A stretch of DNA of 64,000 nucleotides from Centroscyllium fabricii (taxonomy: Eukaryota): assembly GCA_051313645.2 (NCBI GenBank), contig JBNRSN020000023.1, positions 4,154,001 to 4,218,000 of the forward strand, written 5' to 3'. Shown in pieces: positions 61,187-64,000 of this stretch. The notes under the pieces are model-generated. The model had not been told where the DNA came from. It did not search any database and was given only the letters and a program-made list of their open reading frames with translations. Every line of letters starts with the position of its first letter. The first letter of the stretch is position 1. Made by a program: the position numbers and the translations under genes.

Positions 61187-64000
61187 ATGAAGATAACCAT
61201 AGCTAGCCTCAACATCAACGGCAGCAGGGAGGCACGCCGTAGATTTAACAATTTCTCGGTCCTCCGGGACGGGAAGTATGCGGTGTGCTTCCTGCAAGAA
61301 ACCCACACCGTTCCGGGAGACGAGGCCACGTGGCTCCTGGAGTGGCAAGGAGGGGTCAGCATGAGTCACCTCTCCAATTTGTCCAGCGGGGTGGCTATCT
61401 TGCTGGCCCCACATTTTCAGCCGGAGATCTTGAGGGTCAAGGAGCACGTGCCGGGCCGCTTGCTCCAGGTCACTGTTCGTCACGGGGGCGTGCCGCTCCA
61501 TCTTGTGAACATGTACGCCCCTAAGTTCGGTGCGCAGCAAGTTGGCTTCTTTGAAGAAGTGTCCGCTCTTCTGAGCTCTATCGATGGCGGAGAGTGCATC
61601 ATCCTCGGGGGGGATTTCAATTGTACCCTCGAGGCAAGGGACCATTCGGGTCGCCCGGACAGCTCGGCATCGACAGAGAAGTTGAGGGACCTGGTCGGGT
61701 CCTTCGACTTGGTGGACGTCTGGCGAAATCTCCATCCCGACTCGAGCGCCTTCACCTATGTGAGGTCTGGAGGAGGAGGCTCCCGAATCGACCGCCTCTA
61801 CATTTCTCGGGCGTACGTCTCCTGTGTTCGGGCGGCTTCCATGCGGCCGGTGCCGTGCACGGACCACCACCTGGTGTGGACAGAGCTCACTCTGTTGCGC
61901 GCGCGGGGGGGGTCCGCGTACTGGCATTTTAACAACCTGCTGCTGGAGGACGCGCGATTCCGGGATTCGTTCCGTCGGTTCTGGGCCGACTGGAGAAGGA
62001 AGCAGGGGGGCTTCCCCTCCTTGAGGCTATGGTGGGACGTGGGCAAGGCTCACGTCCGTCTCTTCTGTCAGGAGTACGCGAGGGGGTCGACCAAGGGGCG
62101 GAAAGCTCAGGTCGAGCGATTAGAGAAGGAAGTGCTCGACCTAGAGTCCGGCCTTGGTCAGGTCGTCGGGGACCCGGCCCTGCGGACAGTGTACGAAGAA
62201 AAGAAGGCCGCGCTGAAGGACCTGCAGTTCGTCGGGTCCCGAGGCGCGTTCGTGAGGTCGCGTATCCAGTTCCTGCGGGATCTGGACCGCGGCTCCCCCT
62301 TCTTCTACTCGCTGGAAAAAAGGCGAGGGGTCCGTAAGCAGCTCTTGATGCTGCTGGCCGACGACGGATCTCTGGTCTCGGATCCGGAGGGGATCAGCGC
62401 GGAGACCCGGTCCTTTTACGGGTCTCTGTTCTCTCCGGATCCGTCCAGCGAGGATGCGCGTAGAGTTTTGTGGGAGGACCTGCCAAGGGTCAGTCCGGAG
62501 GGCGCCGAACAATTGGACGCTCCGCTAAGTCAGGCGGAGCTGACCGGCGCCCTCGGCAAGCTCTCGAGGGGAAAGTCCCCGGGGCTGGACGGGCTGACCG
62601 TGGAGTTCCACAGGGCGTTCTGGGACGTCCTGGGGGGCGATTACCAGCGGGTCCTGGGGGAAAGTATGGCGACCGGGGAGATGCCCCTCTCGTGGCGCAG
62701 GGCCATCATTGTCCTGCTGCCAAAGAGGGGTGATCTCCGCCTCCTTAAAAACTGGCGCCCGGTCTCCCTCCTCAGCACGGATTATAAAATTTTTGCCAGG
62801 GCCATGTCTGCCCGCCTTGGCACCGTGCTGGCCCACATGATCCATCCCGACCAGTCCTACACGGTCCCGGGCCGGTCAATCCACGACAACGTCCATCTGG
62901 TCCGGGACCTGCTCCACCATTCCCAGAGGGCTGGCATGTCGGTCGCCTTCCTTTCCCTGGATCAGGAGAAGGCGTTCGACAGGGTGGATCACGAGTACCT
63001 TTTCGGGACTCTGCGCGCATTCGGGTTCGGGACGCATTTTGTCGCCCGGATCCGACTTTTGTACGCTGCCGCAGAGTGTCTGATTAAAGTTAACGGGTCT
63101 TTGACGGCGCCCCTTCGCTTTGGGAGGGGGGTACGTCAGGGATGCCCCATGTCCGGTCAGTTATATGCCATTTGCGTGGAGCCTTTCCTGCGCCTCTTGC
63201 GGAAGAGGTTGACGGGACTGGCTCTGCAAGGGCCGGGCGTGGAGGTTGTCCTCTCGGCTTACGCCGATGACGTGCTCCTCATGGTCACGGACCCCGCTGA
63301 CCTGCGGAGGATGCGAGAATGCCAGCAGATTTACTCGGACGCATCCTCCGCCAGGATCAACTGGGAGAAATGTTCCGGACTCCTGGTGGGGCAGTGGCAG
63401 GTGGACTCCCTGCCGGAGGAGTTCAGGCCTTTCGCCTGGAGCACCACGCACCTCCTCTACTTGGGAGTCCACCTCAGCCCAGCCGAGGAAGCCTGGCCGG
63501 CGAACTGGCAAGAGCTGGAGGCCAAAGTCACCGTTCGCCTAGGGCGCTGGACAGGACTGCTCCGAGTGTTGTCCTACAGGGGTCGAGCGCTAGTCATAAA
63601 CCAGCTGGTGGCCGCCATGTTGTGGTACCGGTTGGTCACTTTGATCCCCCCCCCTGGTTTTGTCGCCAGGATACAGAAGAAGCTCATCGACTTCTTCTGG
63701 GACAAAAGGAAGCACTGGGTCTCTGCCGCGGTTCTGTGTCTCCCGCTTAGGGAGGGCGGTCAGGCGCTGGTGTGCCTCCGCACCCAGGCGGCGACTTTCC
63801 GTCTACAGACGCTGCAGAGATACCTGTACGTTGAGGATCCTCCTAGATGGTGTGCGATGGCGACGTATTTCTTCCGCCAGTTGCACGGCCTCAACTATGA
63901 CACGCAGCTCCTGTTTGTGAGAGCGGGCATTACACGTGCCAGCTTTCGGGAGCTGCCTGTCTTTTACCAGGAACTGCTATGGGTTTGGAACAGCGTCGCC
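61187..64000 (+). CDS. Tx1 ORF2 (APE endonuclease + reverse transcriptase), 3' partial
   Basis: MKITIASLNING, FLQETH, NMYAP, GGDFN, SRIDR, TDHH (APE); KSPGLDG, NWRPVSLL, DQEKAFD, GVRQGCP, AYADD (RT). Absent from the ORF track, consistent with no stop in the window. Confidence 0.92.
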   Translation, partial: MKITIASLNINGSREARRRFNNFSVLRDGKYAVCFLQETHTVPGDEATWLLEWQGGVSMSHLSNLSSGVAILLAPHFQPEILRVKEHVPGRLLQVTVRHGGVPLHLVNMYAPKFGAQQVGFFEEVSALLSSIDGGECIILGGDFNCTLEARDHSGRPDSSASTEKLRDLVGSFDLVDVWRNLHPDSSAFTYVRSGGGGSRIDRLYISRAYVSCVRAASMRPVPCTDHHLVWTELTLLRARGGSAYWHFNNLLLEDARFRDSFRRFWADWRRKQGGFPSLRLWWDVGKAHVRLFCQEYARGSTKGRKAQVERLEKEVLDLESGLGQVVGDPALRTVYEEKKAALKDLQFVGSRGAFVRSRIQFLRDLDRGSPFFYSLEKRRGVRKQLLMLLADDGSLVSDPEGISAETRSFYGSLFSPDPSSEDARRVLWEDLPRVSPEGAEQLDAPLSQAELTGALGKLSRGKSPGLDGLTVEFHRAFWDVLGGDYQRVLGESMATGEMPLSWRRAIIVLLPKRGDLRLLKNWRPVSLLSTDYKIFARAMSARLGTVLAHMIHPDQSYTVPGRSIHDNVHLVRDLLHHSQRAGMSVAFLSLDQEKAFDRVDHEYLFGTLRAFGFGTHFVARIRLLYAAAECLIKVNGSLTAPLRFGRGVRQGCPMSGQLYAICVEPFLRLLRKRLTGLALQGPGVEVVLSAYADDVLLMVTDPADLRRMRECQQIYSDASSARINWEKCSGLLVGQWQVDSLPEEFRPFAWSTTHLLYLGVHLSPAEEAWPANWQELEAKVTVRLGRWTGLLRVLSYRGRALVINQLVAAMLWYRLVTLIPPPGFVARIQKKLIDFFWDKRKHWVSAAVLCLPLREGGQALVCLRTQAATFRLQTLQRYLYVEDPPRWCAMATYFFRQLHGLNYDTQLLFVRAGITRASFRELPVFYQELLWVWNSVA

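Larger units (their letters stand above)
58041..64000 (+). mobile_element. Apparently intact Tx1-clade non-LTR retrotransposon (continues beyond window)
   Basis: ~970-bp 5'UTR with a (CT)n tract, ORF1 and ORF2 with no stop seen; GC/CpG-rich compared with the flanks. Confidence 0.92.

Noticed and set aside
60365-61927. 520-aa minus-strand ORF
   Set aside because: Antisense shadow of the GC-rich Tx1 ORF1/ORF2; no recognisable motifs.

Overview
Vertebrate genomic DNA, most likely from a shark or ray (HE1/V-SINE-type SINEs with HER1/CR1-type tails are abundant). The window holds a tandem array of eight four-exon ferritin genes (H/middle-subunit type, 173-175 aa, ferroxidase residues intact). Three lie on + (g1 553-5152, g2 11826-14660, g3 20036-23189) and five on - (g4 27990-30279, g5 33049-36761, g6 40897-43798, g7 48541-51495, g8 54437-57716). 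g4 is a pseudogene: a solo LTR sits in exon 2 and exon 4 is lost at the junction between the two arrays. g3 has a GC donor at intron 3. All copies share a near-identical ~270 bp promoter/5'UTR with an IRE-like relic that cannot fold, so the array may escape iron-responsive translational control. A spliced, polyadenylated ferritin retrocopy carrying a 36-bp VNTR lies inside the cluster in three copies. The ~50 bp just upstream of the promoter is broken by an insertion or junction in every copy. The remainder is transposon-derived: CR1, Rex/Babar, Tx1 (including an apparently intact element from ~58041 running off the end), an internally deleted Gypsy element, four solo LTRs, a Harbinger-type MITE, Penelope-like hairpins and SINEs. 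All calls were made by eye, without alignments or database searches.
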